Shown: in pieces, positions 15,001-29,114 of the stretch
Position numbering within the stretch: position 1 is the stretch's first letter
Layout of the letters: each line of letters opens with the position of its first letter
Assembly (NCBI GenBank): GCA_965235115.1
Contig: OZ249436.1
Location: forward strand, 62,001 to 126,000
Length of the DNA stretch: 64,000 nt
Source: Laetmonice hystrix
Taxonomy: Eukaryota
Direction of reading: 5' to 3'
Made by a program: the position numbers and the translations under genes
The notes under the pieces: generated by a model
What the model was told of the DNA's origin: nothing
What the model saw: only the letters and a program-made list of their open reading frames with translations
Databases searched by the model: none

Positions 15001-18000
15001 TCTGGCCTAAGAATCATAATTTTGGGAGGCTTAGTTTCAATTGGACGTATCAAAAATGAAGCCATTTTTCGCTTATCATTTCTTTAAGCTGTCTCTCGCC
15101 TCAGAGCCACAGGTACCTGCCAGTACGTGGTGATTCCACCGCTAGCCGGAAGGTAGCAGTGCAGTCGGGGACCCCCCCCCCGCTTCAGTGGAGTTGTGCT
15201 GCACCCTGGTGTTTCTTCCTGCAACATCTCGGTGTCCTTCCTTTGTTTGTTTGTTACTTGGGATGGGATATCTGATATAGAAAAGGCGTACAACGTCTTT
15301 TTCCATTGTTAACTAAGGCTTTACGGCAAACAGTCATTGGGACGACCTGACAACGTTGTCGGACGCTTACAGATGGTCTGTAGGGGACATAGATTAGATG
15401 GAAGTAGATGATAGACGAAACGGATGGCCTTCCTCCTGGACAGGCGTCCCTATACTACTGGCTACTCTTGTATACAAGCAAACGGTAGAGGAAGGCCAAA
15501 CAGTACAGGGAGGAATGGCTACAAGGTATACTGTCTGGCCTAGCACCCAAGCGAACACTACAGTGAGGCCAAAGAATAGGCCAACAGTGAGGCCAAACAG
15601 TACACTGTGGGGCCAAGCAGTGGGGAAGGCCAACCAGTAGAGTGAGAAATCCTTAAATCTTACCGGCTGGCCTAGTACCCATGCAAACACTACAGTGAGG
15701 TAGCGGGAATGAAAGGTACAGGCGAGGAGCATCTAATGTTAAAATCTGGAGAAGATGCTCAAATGGGACGTGTACACATCACAACCATATATCTGTAACG
15801 AACGTACGAGACCTATACGTTTGACAGTCGTACATCTGGCCTAAGAATCATAATGTTGGGAGGCTTAGTATCAATTTGACGTATCAAAAATGTAGCCATT
15901 TTTCGCTTATCATTGTTTTAACCTGTCTCTCGCCTCAGAGCCACAGGTGCCTGCCAGTACGTGGTGATTCCACCGCTAGCCGGAAGGTAGCAGTGCAGTC
16001 GGAGACCCCCCCCCCACTTCAGTGGAGTTGTGCTGCACCCTGGTGTTTCTTGCTGCAATATCTCGGTAGCCTTCCTTTGTTTGTTTGTTACTTGGGGATG
16101 GGATATCTGATATAGAAAAGGTGTACAACGTCATTTACCATTGTTAACTCAAGCTTTACGGCAAACCGTCATTGGGACGACCTGACAACGTTGTCGGACC
16201 CTTAAAGATGGTCTGTAGGGGACATAGATTAGATGGGAGTAGATGATAAACGAAACGGATGGCCTTCCTCCTGGACAATAAAGGCATGGAAACATGAAAC
16301 ATGAGGCGTCCCTAGACTACTGGCTACTCTTGTATACAAGCAAACGGTAGAGGAAGGCCAAACAGTACAGGGAGGAATGGCTACAAGGTATACTGTCTGG
16401 CCTAGCACCCAAGCGAACACTACAGTGAGGCCAAAGAGTAGGCCTACAGTGAGGCCAAACAGTACACTGTGTGGCCAAGCAGTGGGGAAGGCCAACCAGT
16501 AGAGTGAGAAATCCTTAAATCTTACCGGCTGGCCTAGTACCCATGCAAACACTACAGTGAGGTAGCGGGAATGAAAGGTACAGGCGAGGAGCATCTAATG
16601 TTAAAATCTGGAGAAGATGCTCAAATGGGAAGTGTACACATCACAACCATATATCTGTAGCGAACGTACGAGACCTATACGTTTGACAGTCGTACATCTG
16701 GCCTAAGAGTCATAATTTTGGGAGGCTTAGTTTCAATTTGACGTATCAAAAATTAAGCCATTTTTCGCTTATCATTTCTTTAAGCTGTCTCTCGCCTCAG
16801 AGCCACAGGTGCCTGCCAGTACGTGGTGATTCCACCGCTAGCCGGAAGGTAGCAGTGCAGTCGGAGACCCCCCCCCCCCCCCCCACTTCAGTGGAGTTGT
16901 GCTGCACACTGGTGTTTCTTGCCTGCAATATCTCGGTAGCCTTCCTTTGTTTGTTTGTTACTTGGGGATGGGATATCTGATATAGAAAAGGTGTACAACG
17001 TCATTTTCCATTGTTAACTAAAGCTTTACGGCAAACCGTCATTGGGACGACCTGACAACGTTGTCGGACCCTTACAGATGGTCTGTAGGGGACATAGATA
17101 AGATGGGAGTAGATGATAGACGAAACGGATGGCCTTCCTCCTGGACAATAAAGGCATGGAAACATGAAACATGAGGCGTCCCTAGACTACTGGCTACTCT
17201 TGTATACAAGCAAACGGTAGAGGAAGGCCAAACAGTACAGGGAGGAATGGCTACAAGGTATACTGTCTGGCCTAGCACCAAAGCGAACACTACAGTGAGG
17301 CCAAAGAGTAGGCCTACAGTGAGGCCAAACAGTACACTGTGTGGCCAAGCAGTGGGGAAGGCCAACCAGTAGAGTGAGAAATCCTTAAATCTTACCGGCT
17401 GGCCTAGTACCCATGCAAACACTACAGTGAGGTAGCGGGAATGAAAGGTACAGGCGAGGAGCATCTAATGTTAAAATCTGGAGAAGATGCTCAAATGGGA
17501 AGTGTACACATCACAACCATATATCTGTAGCGAACGTACGAGACCTATACGTTTGACAGTCGTACATCTGGCCTAGGAATCATAATTTTGGGAGGCTTAG
17601 TTTCAATTGGACGTATCAAAAATGAAGCCATTTTTCGCTTATCATTTCTTTAAGCTGTCTCTCGCCTCAGAGCCACAGGTACCTGCCAGTACGTGGTGAT
17701 TCCACCGCTAGCCGGAAGGTAGCAGTGCAGTCGGGGACCCCCCCCCCCCGCTTCAGTGGAGTTGTGCTGCACCCTGGTGTTTCTTCCTGCAACATCTCGG
17801 TGTCCTTCCTTTGTTTGTTTGTTACTTGGGATGGGATATCTGATATAGAAAAGGCGTACAACGTCTTTTTCCATTGTTAACTAAGGCTTTACGGCAAACA
17901 GTCATTGGGACGACCTGACAACGTTGTCGGACGCTTACAGATGGTCTGTAGGGGACATAGATTAGATGGAAGTAGATGATAGACGAAACGGATGGCCTTC

Positions 18001-21000
18001 CTCCTGGACAGGCGTCCCTATACTACTGGCTACTCTTGTATACAAGCAAACGGTAGAGGAAGGCCAAACAGTACAGGGAGGAATGGCTACAAGGTATACT
18101 GTCTGGCCTAGCACCCAAGCGAACACTACAGTGAGGCCAAAGAATAGGCCAACAGTGAGGCCAAACAGTACACTGTGGGGCCAAGCAGTGGGGAAGGCCA
18201 ACCAGTAGAGTGAGAAATCCTTAAATCTTACCGGCTGGCCTAGTACCCATGCAAACACTACAGTGAGGTAGCGGGAATGAAAGGTACAGGCGAGGAGCAT
18301 CTAATGTTAAAATCTGGAGAAGATGCTCAAATGGGACGTGTACACATCACAACCATATATCTGTAACGAACGTACGAGACCTATACGTTTGACAGTCGTA
18401 CATCTGGCCTAAGAATCATAATGTTGGGAGGCTTATTATCAATTTGACGTATCAAAAATGTAGCCATTTTTCGCTTATCATTGTTTTAACCTGTCTCTCG
18501 CCTCAGAGCCACAGGTGCCTGCCAGTACGTGGTGATTCCACCGCTAGCCGGAAGGTAGCAGTGCAGTCGGAGACCCCCCCCCCCACTTCAGTGGAGTTGT
18601 GCTGCACCCTGGTGTTTCTTGCTGCAATATCTCGGTAGCCTTCCTTTGTTTGTTTGTTACTTGGGGATGGGATATCTGATATAGAAAAGGTGTACAACGT
18701 CATTTACCATTGTTAACTCAAGCTTTACGGCAAACCGTCATTGGGACGACCTGACAACGTTGTCGGACCCTTAAAGATGGTCTGTAGGGGACATAGATTA
18801 GATGGGAGTAGATGATAAACGAAACGGATGGCCTTCCTCCTGGACAATAAAGGCATGGAAACATGAAACATGAGGCGTCCCTAGACTACTGGCTACTCTT
18901 GTATACAAGCAAACGGTAGAGGAAGGCCAAACAGTACAGGGAGGAATGGCTACAAGGTATACTGTCTGGCCTAGCACCCAAGCGAACACTACAGTGAGGC
19001 CAAAGAGTAGGCCTACAGTGAGGCCAAACAGTACACTGTGTGGCCAAGCAGTGGGGAAGGCCAACCAGTAGAGTGAGAAATCCTTAAATCTTACCGGCTG
19101 GCCTAGTACCCATGCAAACACTACAGTGAGGTAGCGGGAATGAAAGGTACAGGCGAGGAGCATCTAATGTTAAAATCTGGAGAAGATGCTCAAATGGGAA
19201 GTGTACACATCACAACCATATATCTGTAGCGAACGTACGAGACCTATACGTTTGACAGTCGTACATCTGGCCTAAGAGTCATAATTTTGGGAGGCTTAGT
19301 TTCAATTTGACGTATCAAAAATTAAGCCATTTTTCGCTTATCATTTCTTTAAGCTGTCTCTCGCCTCAGAGCCACAGGTGCCTGCCAGTACGTGGTGATT
19401 CCACCGCTAGCCGGAAGGTAGCAGTGCAGTCGGAGACCCCCCCCCCCCACTTCAGTGGAGTTGTGCTGCACCCTGGTGTTTCTTGCCTGCAATATCTCGG
19501 TAGCCTTCCTTTGTTTGTTTGTTACTTGGGGATGGGATATCTGATATAGAAAAGGTGTACAACGTCATTTTCCATTGTTAACTAAAGCTTTACGGCAAAC
19601 CGTCATTGGGACGACCTGACAACGTTGTCGGACCCTTACAGATGGTCTGTAGGGGACATAGATAAGATGGGAGTAGATGATAGACGAAACGGATGGCCTT
19701 CCTCCTGGACAATAAAGGCATGGAAACATGAAACATGAGGCGTCCCTAGACTACTGGCTACTCTTGTATACAAGCAAACGGTAGAGGAAGGCCAAACAGT
19801 ACAGGGAGGAATGGCTACAAGGTATACTGTCTGGCCTAGCACCCAAGCGAACACTACAGTGAGGCCAAAGAGTAGGCCTACAGTGAGGCCAAACAGTACA
19901 CTGTGTGGCCAAGCAGTGGGGAAGGCCAACCAGTAGAGTGAGAAATCCTTAAATCTTACCGGCTGGCCTAGTACCCATGCAAACACTACAGTGAGGTAGC
20001 GGGAATGAAAGGTACAGGCGAGGAGCATCTAATGTTAAAATCTGGAGAAGATGCTCAAATGGGAAGTGTACACATCACAACCATATATCTGTAGCGAACG
20101 TACGAGACCTATACGTTTGACAGTCGTACATCTGGCCTAAGAGTCATAATTTTGGGAGGCTTAGTTTCAATTTGACGTATCAAAAATTAAGCCATTTTTC
20201 GCTTATCATTTCTTTAAGCTGTCTCTCGCCTCAGAGCCACAGGTGCCTGCCAGTACGTGGTGATTCCACCGCTAGCCGGAAGGTAGCAGTGCAGTCGGAG
20301 ACCCCCCCCCCCCCACTTCAGTGGAGTTGTGCTGCACACTGGTGTTTCTTGCCTGCAATATCTCGGTAGCCTTCCTTTGTTTGTTTGTTACTTGGGGATG
20401 GGATATCTGATATAGAAAAGGTGTACAACGTCATTTTCCATTGTTAACTAAAGCTTTACGGCAAACCGTCATTGGGACGACCTGACAACGTTGTCGGACC
20501 CTTACAGATGGTCTGTAGGGGACATAGATAAGATGGGAGTAGATGATAGACGAAACGGATGGCCTTCCTCCTGGACAATAAAGGCATGGAAACATGAAAC
20601 ATGAGGCGTCCCTAGACTACTGGCTACTCTTGTATACAAGCAAACGGTAGAGGAAGGCCAAACAGTACAGGGAGGAATGGCTACAAGGTATACTGTCTGG
20701 CCTAGCACCAAAGCGAACACTACAGTGAGGCCAAAGAGTAGGCCTACAGTGAGGCCAAACAGTACACTGTGTGGCCAAGCAGTGGGGAAGGCCAACCAGT
20801 AGAGTGAGAAATCCTTAAATCTTACCGGCTGGCCTAGTACCCATGCAAACACTACAGTGAGGTAGCGGGAATGAAAGGTACAGGCGAGGAGCATCTAATG
20901 TTAAAATCTGGAGAAGATGCTCAAATGGGAAGTGTACACATCACAACCATATATCTGTAGCGAACGTACGAGACCTATACGTTTGACAGTCGTACATCTG

Positions 21001-24000
21001 GCCTAAGAATCATAATTTTGGGAGGCTTAGTTTCAATTGGACGTATCAAAAATGAAGCCATTTTTCGCTTATCATTTCTTTAAGCTGTCTCTCGCCTCAG
21101 AGCCACAGGTACCTGCCAGTACGTGGTGATTCCACCGCTAGCCGGAAGGTAGCAGTGCAGTCGGGGACCCCCCCCCCCGCTTCAGTGGAGTTGTGCTGCA
21201 CCCTGGTGTTTCTTCCTGCAACATCTCGGTGTCCTTCCTTTGTTTGTTTGTTACTTGGGATGGGATATCTGATATAGAAAAGGCGTACAACGTCTTTTTC
21301 CATTGTTAACTAAGGCTTTACGGCAAACAGTCATTGGGACGACCTGACAACGTTGTCGGACGCTTACAGATGGTCTGTAGGGGACATAGATTAGATGGAA
21401 GTAGATGATAGACGAAACGGATGGCCTTCCTCCTGGACAGGCGTCCCTATACTACTGGCTACTCTTGTATACAAGCAAACGGTAGAGGAAGGCCAAACAG
21501 TACAGGGAGGAATGGCTACAAGGTATACTGTCTGGCCTAGCACCCAAGCGAACACTACAGTGAGGCCAAAGAATAGGCCAACAGTGAGGCCAAACAGTAC
21601 ACTGTGGGGCCAAGCAGTGGGGAAGGCCAACCAGTAGAGTGAGAAATCCTTAAATCTTACCGGCTGGCCTAGTACCCATGCAAACACTACAGTGAGGTAG
21701 CGGGAATGAAAGGTACAGGCGAGGAGCATCTAATGTTAAAATCTGGAGAAGATGCTCAAATGGGACGTGTACACATCACAACCATATATCTGTAACGAAC
21801 GTACGAGACCTATACGTTTGACAGTCGTACATCTGGCCTAAGAATCATAATGTTGGGAGGCTTAGTATCAATTTGACGTATCAAAAATGTAGCCATTTTT
21901 CGCTTATCATTGTTTTAACCTGTCTCTCGCCTCAGAGCCACAGGTGCCTGCCAGTACGTGGTGATTCCACCGCTAGCCGGAAGGTAGCAGTGCAGTCGGA
22001 GACCCCCCCCCACTTCAGTGGAGTTGTGCTGCACCCTGGTGTTTCTTGCTGCAATATCTCGGTAGCCTTCCTTTGTTTGTTTGTTACTTGGGGATGGGAT
22101 ATCTGATATAGAAAAGGTGTACAACGTCATTTACCATTGTTAACTCAAGCTTTACGGCAAACCGTCATTGGGACGACCTGACAACGTTGTCGGACCCTTA
22201 AAGATGGTCTGTAGGGGACATAGATTAGATGGGAGTAGATGATAAACGAAACGGATGGCCTTCCTCCTGGACAATAAAGGCATGGAAACATGAAACATGA
22301 GGCGTCCCTAGACTACTGGCTACTCTTGTATACAAGCAAACGGTAGAGGAAGGCCAAACAGTACAGGGAGGAATGGCTACAAGGTATACTGTCTGGCCTA
22401 GCACCCAAGCGAACACTACAGTGAGGCCAAAGAGTAGGCCTACAGTGAGGCCAAACAGTACACTGTGTGGCCAAGCAGTGGGGAAGGCCAACCAGTAGAG
22501 TGAGAAATCCTTAAATCTTACCGGCTGGCCTAGTACCCATGCAAACACTACAGTGAGGTAGCGGGAATGAAAGGTACAGGCGAGGAGCATCTAATGTTAA
22601 AATCTGGAGAAGATGCTCAAATGGGAAGTGTACACATCACAACCATATATCTGTAGCGAACGTACGAGACCTATACGTTTGACAGTCGTACATCTGGCCT
22701 AAGAGTCATAATTTTGGGAGGCTTAGTTTCAATTTGACGTATCAAAAATTAAGCCATTTTTCGCTTATCATTTCTTTAAGCTGTCTCTCGCCTCAGAGCC
22801 ACAGGTGCCTGCCAGTACGTGGTGATTCCACCGCTAGCCGGAAGGTAGCAGTGCAGTCGGAGACCCCCCCCCCCCACTTCAGTGGAGTTGTGCTGCACAC
22901 TGGTGTTTCTTGCCTGCAATATCTCGGTAGCCTTCCTTTGTTTGTTTGTTACTTGGGGATGGGATATCTGATATAGAAAAGGTGTACAACGTCATTTTCC
23001 ATTGTTAACTAAAGCTTTACGGCAAACCGTCATTGGGACGACCTGACAACGTTGTCGGACCCTTACAGATGGTCTGTAGGGGACATAGATAAGATGGGAG
23101 TAGATGATAGACGAAACGGATGGCCTTCCTCCTGGACAATAAAGGCATGGAAACATGAAACATGAGGCGTCCCTAGACTACTGGCTACTCTTGTATACAA
23201 GCAAACGGTAGAGGAAGGCCAAACAGTACAGGGAGGAATGGCTACAAGGTATACTGTCTGGCCTAGCACCAAAGCGAACACTACAGTGAGGCCAAAGAGT
23301 AGGCCTACAGTGAGGCCAAACAGTACACTGTGTGGCCAAGCAGTGGGGAAGGCCAACCAGTAGAGTGAGAAATCCTTAAATCTTACCGGCTGGCCTAGTA
23401 CCCATGCAAACACTACAGTGAGGTAGCGGGAATGAAAGGTACAGGCGAGGAGCATCTAATGTTAAAATCTGGAGAAGATGCTCAAATGGGAAGTGTACAC
23501 ATCACAACCATATATCTGTAGCGAACGTACGAGACCTATACGTTTGACAGTCGTACATCTGGCCTAGGAATCATAATTTTGGGAGGCTTAGTTTCAATTG
23601 GACGTATCAAAAATGAAGCCATTTTTCGCTTATCATTTCTTTAAGCTGTCTCTCGCCTCAGAGCCACAGGTACCTGCCAGTACGTGGTGATTCCACCGCT
23701 AGCCGGAAGGTAGCAGTGCAGTCGGGGACCCCCCCCCCCCGCTTCAGTGGAGTTGTGCTGCACCCTGGTGTTTCTTCCTGCAACATCTCGGTGTCCTTCC
23801 TTTGTTTGTTTGTTACTTGGGATGGGATATCTGATATAGAAAAGGCGTACAACGTCTTTTTCCATTGTTAACTAAGGCTTTACGGCAAACAGTCATTGGG
23901 ACGACCTGACAACGTTGTCGGACGCTTACAGATGGTCTGTAGGGGACATAGATTAGATGGAAGTAGATGATAGACGAAACGGATGGCCTTCCTCCTGGAC

Positions 24001-27000
24001 AGGCGTCCCTATACTACTGGCTACTCTTGTATACAAGCAAACGGTAGAGGAAGGCCAAACAGTACAGGGAGGAATGGCTACAAGGTATACTGTCTGGCCT
24101 AGCACCCAAGCGAACACTACAGTGAGGCCAAAGAATAGGCCAACAGTGAGGCCAAACAGTACACTGTGGGGCCAAGCAGTGGGGAAGGCCAACCAGTAGA
24201 GTGAGAAATCCTTAAATCTTACCGGCTGGCCTAGTACCCATGCAAACACTACAGTGAGGTAGCGGGAATGAAAGGTACAGGCGAGGAGCATCTAATGTTA
24301 AAATCTGGAGAAGATGCTCAAATGGGACGTGTACACATCACAACCATATATCTGTAACGAACGTACGAGACCTATACGTTTGACAGTCGTACATCTGGCC
24401 TAAGAATCATAATGTTGGGAGGCTTATTATCAATTTGACGTATCAAAAATGTAGCCATTTTTCGCTTATCATTGTTTTAACCTGTCTCTCGCCTCAGAGC
24501 CACAGGTGCCTGCCAGTACGTGGTGATTCCACCGCTAGCCGGAAGGTAGCAGTGCAGTCGGAGACCCCCCCCCCCACTTCAGTGGAGTTGTGCTGCACCC
24601 TGGTGTTTCTTGCTGCAATATCTCGGTAGCCTTCCTTTGTTTGTTTGTTACTTGGGGATGGGATATCTGATATAGAAAAGGTGTACAACGTCATTTACCA
24701 TTGTTAACTCAAGCTTTACGGCAAACCGTCATTGGGACGACCTGACAACGTTGTCGGACCCTTAAAGATGGTCTGTAGGGGACATAGATTAGATGGGAGT
24801 AGATGATAAACGAAACGGATGGCCTTCCTCCTGGACAATAAAGGCATGGAAACATGAAACATGAGGCGTCCCTAGACTACTGGCTACTCTTGTATACAAG
24901 CAAACGGTAGAGGAAGGCCAAACAGTACAGGGAGGAATGGCTACAAGGTATACTGTCTGGCCTAGCACCCAAGCGAACACTACAGTGAGGCCAAAGAGTA
25001 GGCCTACAGTGAGGCCAAACAGTACACTGTGTGGCCAAGCAGTGGGGAAGGCCAACCAGTAGAGTGAGAAATCCTTAAATCTTACCGGCTGGCCTAGTAC
25101 CCATGCAAACACTACAGTGAGGTAGCGGGAATGAAAGGTACAGGCGAGGAGCATCTAATGTTAAAATCTGGAGAAGATGCTCAAATGGGAAGTGTACACA
25201 TCACAACCATATATCTGTAGCGAACGTACGAGACCTATACGTTTGACAGTCGTACATCTGGCCTAAGAGTCATAATTTTGGGAGGCTTAGTTTCAATTTG
25301 ACGTATCAAAAATTAAGCCATTTTTCGCTTATCATTTCTTTAAGCTGTCTCTCGCCTCAGAGCCACAGGTGCCTGCCAGTACGTGGTGATTCCACCGCTA
25401 GCCGGAAGGTAGCAGTGCAGTCGGAGACCCCCCCCCCACTTCAGTGGAGTTGTGCTGCACCCTGGTGTTTCTTGCCTGCAATATCTCGGTAGCCTTCCTT
25501 TGTTTGTTTGTTACTTGGGGATGGGATATCTGATATAGAAAAGGTGTACAACGTCATTTTCCATTGTTAACTAAAGCTTTACGGCAAACCGTCATTGGGA
25601 CGACCTGACAACGTTGTCGGACCCTTACAGATGGTCTGTAGGGGACATAGATAAGATGGGAGTAGATGATAGACGAAACGGATGGCCTTCCTCCTGGACA
25701 ATAAAGGCATGGAAACATGAAACATGAGGCGTCCCTAGACTACTGGCTACTCTTGTATACAAGCAAACGGTAGAGGAAGGCCAAACAGTACAGGGAGGAA
25801 TGGCTACAAGGTATACTGTCTGGCCTAGCACCAAAGCGAACACTACAGTGAGGCCAAAGAGTAGGCCTACAGTGAGGCCAAACAGTACACTGTGTGGCCA
25901 AGCAGTGGGGAAGGCCAACCAGTAGAGTGAGAAATCCTTAAATCTTACCGGCTGGCCTAGTACCCATGCAAACACTACAGTGAGGTAGCGGGAATGAAAG
26001 GTACAGGCGAGGAGCATCTAATGTTAAAATCTGGAGAAGATGCTCAAATGGGAAGTGTACACATCACAACCATATATCTGTAGCGAACGTACGAGACCTA
26101 TACGTTTGACAGTCGTACATCTGGCCTAAGAATCATAATTTTGGGAGGCTTAGTTTCAATTGGACGTATCAAAAATGAAGCCATTTTTCGCTTATCATTT
26201 CTTTAAGCTGTCTCTCGCCTCAGAGCCACAGGTACCTGCCAGTACGTGGTGATTCCACCGCTAGCCGGAAGGTAGCAGTGCAGTCGGGGACCCCCCCCCC
26301 GCTTCAGTGGAGTTGTGCTGCACCCTGGTGTTTCTTCCTGCAACATCTCGGTGTCCTTCCTTTGTTTGTTTGTTACTTGGGATGGGATATCTGATATAGA
26401 AAAGGCGTACAACGTCTTTTTCCATTGTTAACTAAGGCTTTACGGCAAACAGTCATTGGGACGACCTGACAACGTTGTCGGACGCTTACAGATGGTCTGT
26501 AGGGGACATAGATTAGATGGAAGTAGATGATAGACGAAACGGATGGCCTTCCTCCTGGACAGGCGTCCCTATACTACTGGCTACTCTTGTATACAAGCAA
26601 ACGGTAGAGGAAGGCCAAACAGTACAGGGAGGAATGGCTACAAGGTATACTGTCTGGCCTAGCACCCAAGCGAACACTACAGTGAGGCCAAAGAATAGGC
26701 CAACAGTGAGGCCAAACAGTACACTGTGGGGCCAAGCAGTGGGGAAGGCCAACCAGTAGAGTGAGAAATCCTTAAATCTTACCGGCTGGCCTAGTACCCA
26801 TGCAAACACTACAGTGAGGTAGCGGGAATGAAAGGTACAGGCGAGGAGCATCTAATGTTAAAATCTGGAGAAGATGCTCAAATGGGACGTGTACACATCA
26901 CAACCATATATCTGTAACGAACGTACGAGACCTATACGTTTGACAGTCGTACATCTGGCCTAAGAATCATAATGTTGGGAGGCTTAGTATCAATTTGACG

Positions 27001-28740
27001 TATCAAAAATGTAGCCATTTTTCGCTTATCATTGTTTTAACCTGTCTCTCGCCTCAGAGCCACAGGTGCCTGCCAGTACGTGGTGATTCCACCGCTAGCC
27101 GGAAGGTAGCAGTGCAGTCGGAGACCCCCCCCCCCCCACTTCAGTGGAGTTGTGCTGCACCCTGGTGTTTCTTGCCTGCAATATCTCGGTAGCCTTCCTT
27201 TGTTTGTTTGTTACTTGGGGATGGGATATCTGATATAGAAAAGGTGTACAACGTCATTTTCCATTGTTAACTAAAGCTTTACGGCAAACCGTCATTGGGA
27301 CGACCTGACAACGTTGTCGGACCCTTACAGATGGTCTGTAGGGGACATAGATTAGATGGGAGTAGATGATAGACGAAACGGATGGCCTTCCTCCTGGACA
27401 ATAAAGGCATGGAAACATGAAACATGATTCGTCCCTAGCCTACTGGCTACTCTTGTATACAAGCAAACGGTAGAGGAAGGCCAAACAGTACAGGGAGGAA
27501 TGGCTACAAGGGATACTGTCTGGCCTAGCACCAAAGCGAACACTACAGTGAGGCCAAAGAGTAGGCCTACAGTGAGGCCAAACAGTACACTGTGTGGCCA
27601 AGCAGTGGGGAAGGCCAACCAGTAGAGTGAGAAATCCTTAAATCTTACCGGCTGGCCTAGTACCCATGCAAACACTACAGTGAGGTAGCGGGAATGAAAG
27701 GTACAGGCGAGGAGCATCTAATGTTAAAATCTGGAGAAGATGCTCAAATGGGAAGTGTACACATCACAACCATATATCTGTAGCGAACGTACGAGACCTA
27801 TACGTTTGACAGTCGTACATCTGGCCTAAGAATCATAAATTTGGGAGGCTTAGTTTCAATTTGACGTATCAAAAATGAAGCCATTTTTCGCTTATCATTT
27901 CTTTAAGCTGTCTCTCGCCTCAGAGCCACAGGTACCTGCCAGTACGTGGTGATTCCACCACTAGCCGGAAGGTAGCAGTGCAGTCGGGGACCCCCCCCCC
28001 CCGCTTCAGTGGAGTTGTGCTGCACCCTGGTGTTTCTTCCTGCAACATCTCGGTGTCCTTCCTTTGTTTGTTTGTTACTTGGGATGGGATATCTGATATC
28101 GAAAAGGCGTACAACGTCTTTTTCCATTGTTAACTAAGGCTTTACGGCAAACAGTCATTGGGACGACCTGACAACGTTGTCGGACGCTTACAGATGGTCT
28201 GTAGGGGACATAGATTAGATGGAAGTAGATGATAGACGAAACGGATGGCCTTCCTCCTGGACAGGCGTCCCTATACTACTGGCTACTCTTGTATACAAGC
28301 AAACGGTAGAGGAAGGCCAAACAGTACAGGGAGGAATGGCTACAAGGTATACTGTCTGGCCTAGCACCCAAGCGAACACTTCAGTGAGGCCAAAGAGTAG
28401 GCCTACAGTGAGGCCAAACAGTACACTGTGGGGCCAAGCCGTGGGCAAGGCCAACCAGTAGAGTGAGAAATCCTTAAATCTTACCGGCTGGCCTAGTACC
28501 CATGCAAACACTACAGTGAGGTAGTGGAAATGAAAGGTACAGGCGAGGAGCATCTAATGTTGAAATCTGGAAAAAATGCTCAAATGGGAAGTGTACACAT
28601 CACAACCATATATCTGTAGCGAACGTACGAGACCTATACGTTTGACAGTCGTATATCTGGCCTAAGAATCATAATTTTGGGAGGCTTAGTTTCAATTTGA
28701 CGTATCAAAAATGTAGCCATTTTTCGCTTATCATTGCTTT
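1..28740. repeat. Tandem satellite array, unit ~838-866 bp, ~34 units with higher-order structure; continues beyond the window's left edge
   Basis: The same sequence and the same spurious ORF set recur every ~840-865 bp (832, 1698, 2535, 3424 ... 28215). Variants differ by SNPs, a 27-bp indel (ataaaggcatggaaacatgaaacatga) and poly-C length. Confidence 0.98.
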
Positions 28741-29114
28741 TCCGTGTTAGGCGGTGGCGGTAGAGTTCGGACGTTGTTTCTTCACTCGGTCTCAGAGGGA
28801 CCCTCCGCAAGGTTTTCCATGTTTCGGTAATTTAGAAGACAGTAACCGATACAGGAGTACCCTGGGAATGATCTACTGGAGGCTGTATAATGGACGAATG
28901 TGCTGTACAGGAGTTCTGTAAGAATTTTTCTCTCTATCCTGGGATATCGTTACAGCCATGTTGGGCATTCCATACCTGGCTGTCACACAGGCAGTACTCA
29001 CCGAACCATACTGCACTTGTATGACCCAAACATAGAACAGTGGAAAGGACTACGTGTACTGAAAACGCACTTTCTATCCCCAACTGAATCCTGAGAAACT
29101 TTATATTGAAAATT

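Noticed and set aside
1..28553. Recurring 60-130 aa ORFs (MLLACTFH..., MTYQK..., MEVDD...) as a tandem gene family
   Set aside because: No recognisable domain, mostly non-ATG starts, and frames shift freely with poly-C length; they are translations of the satellite.
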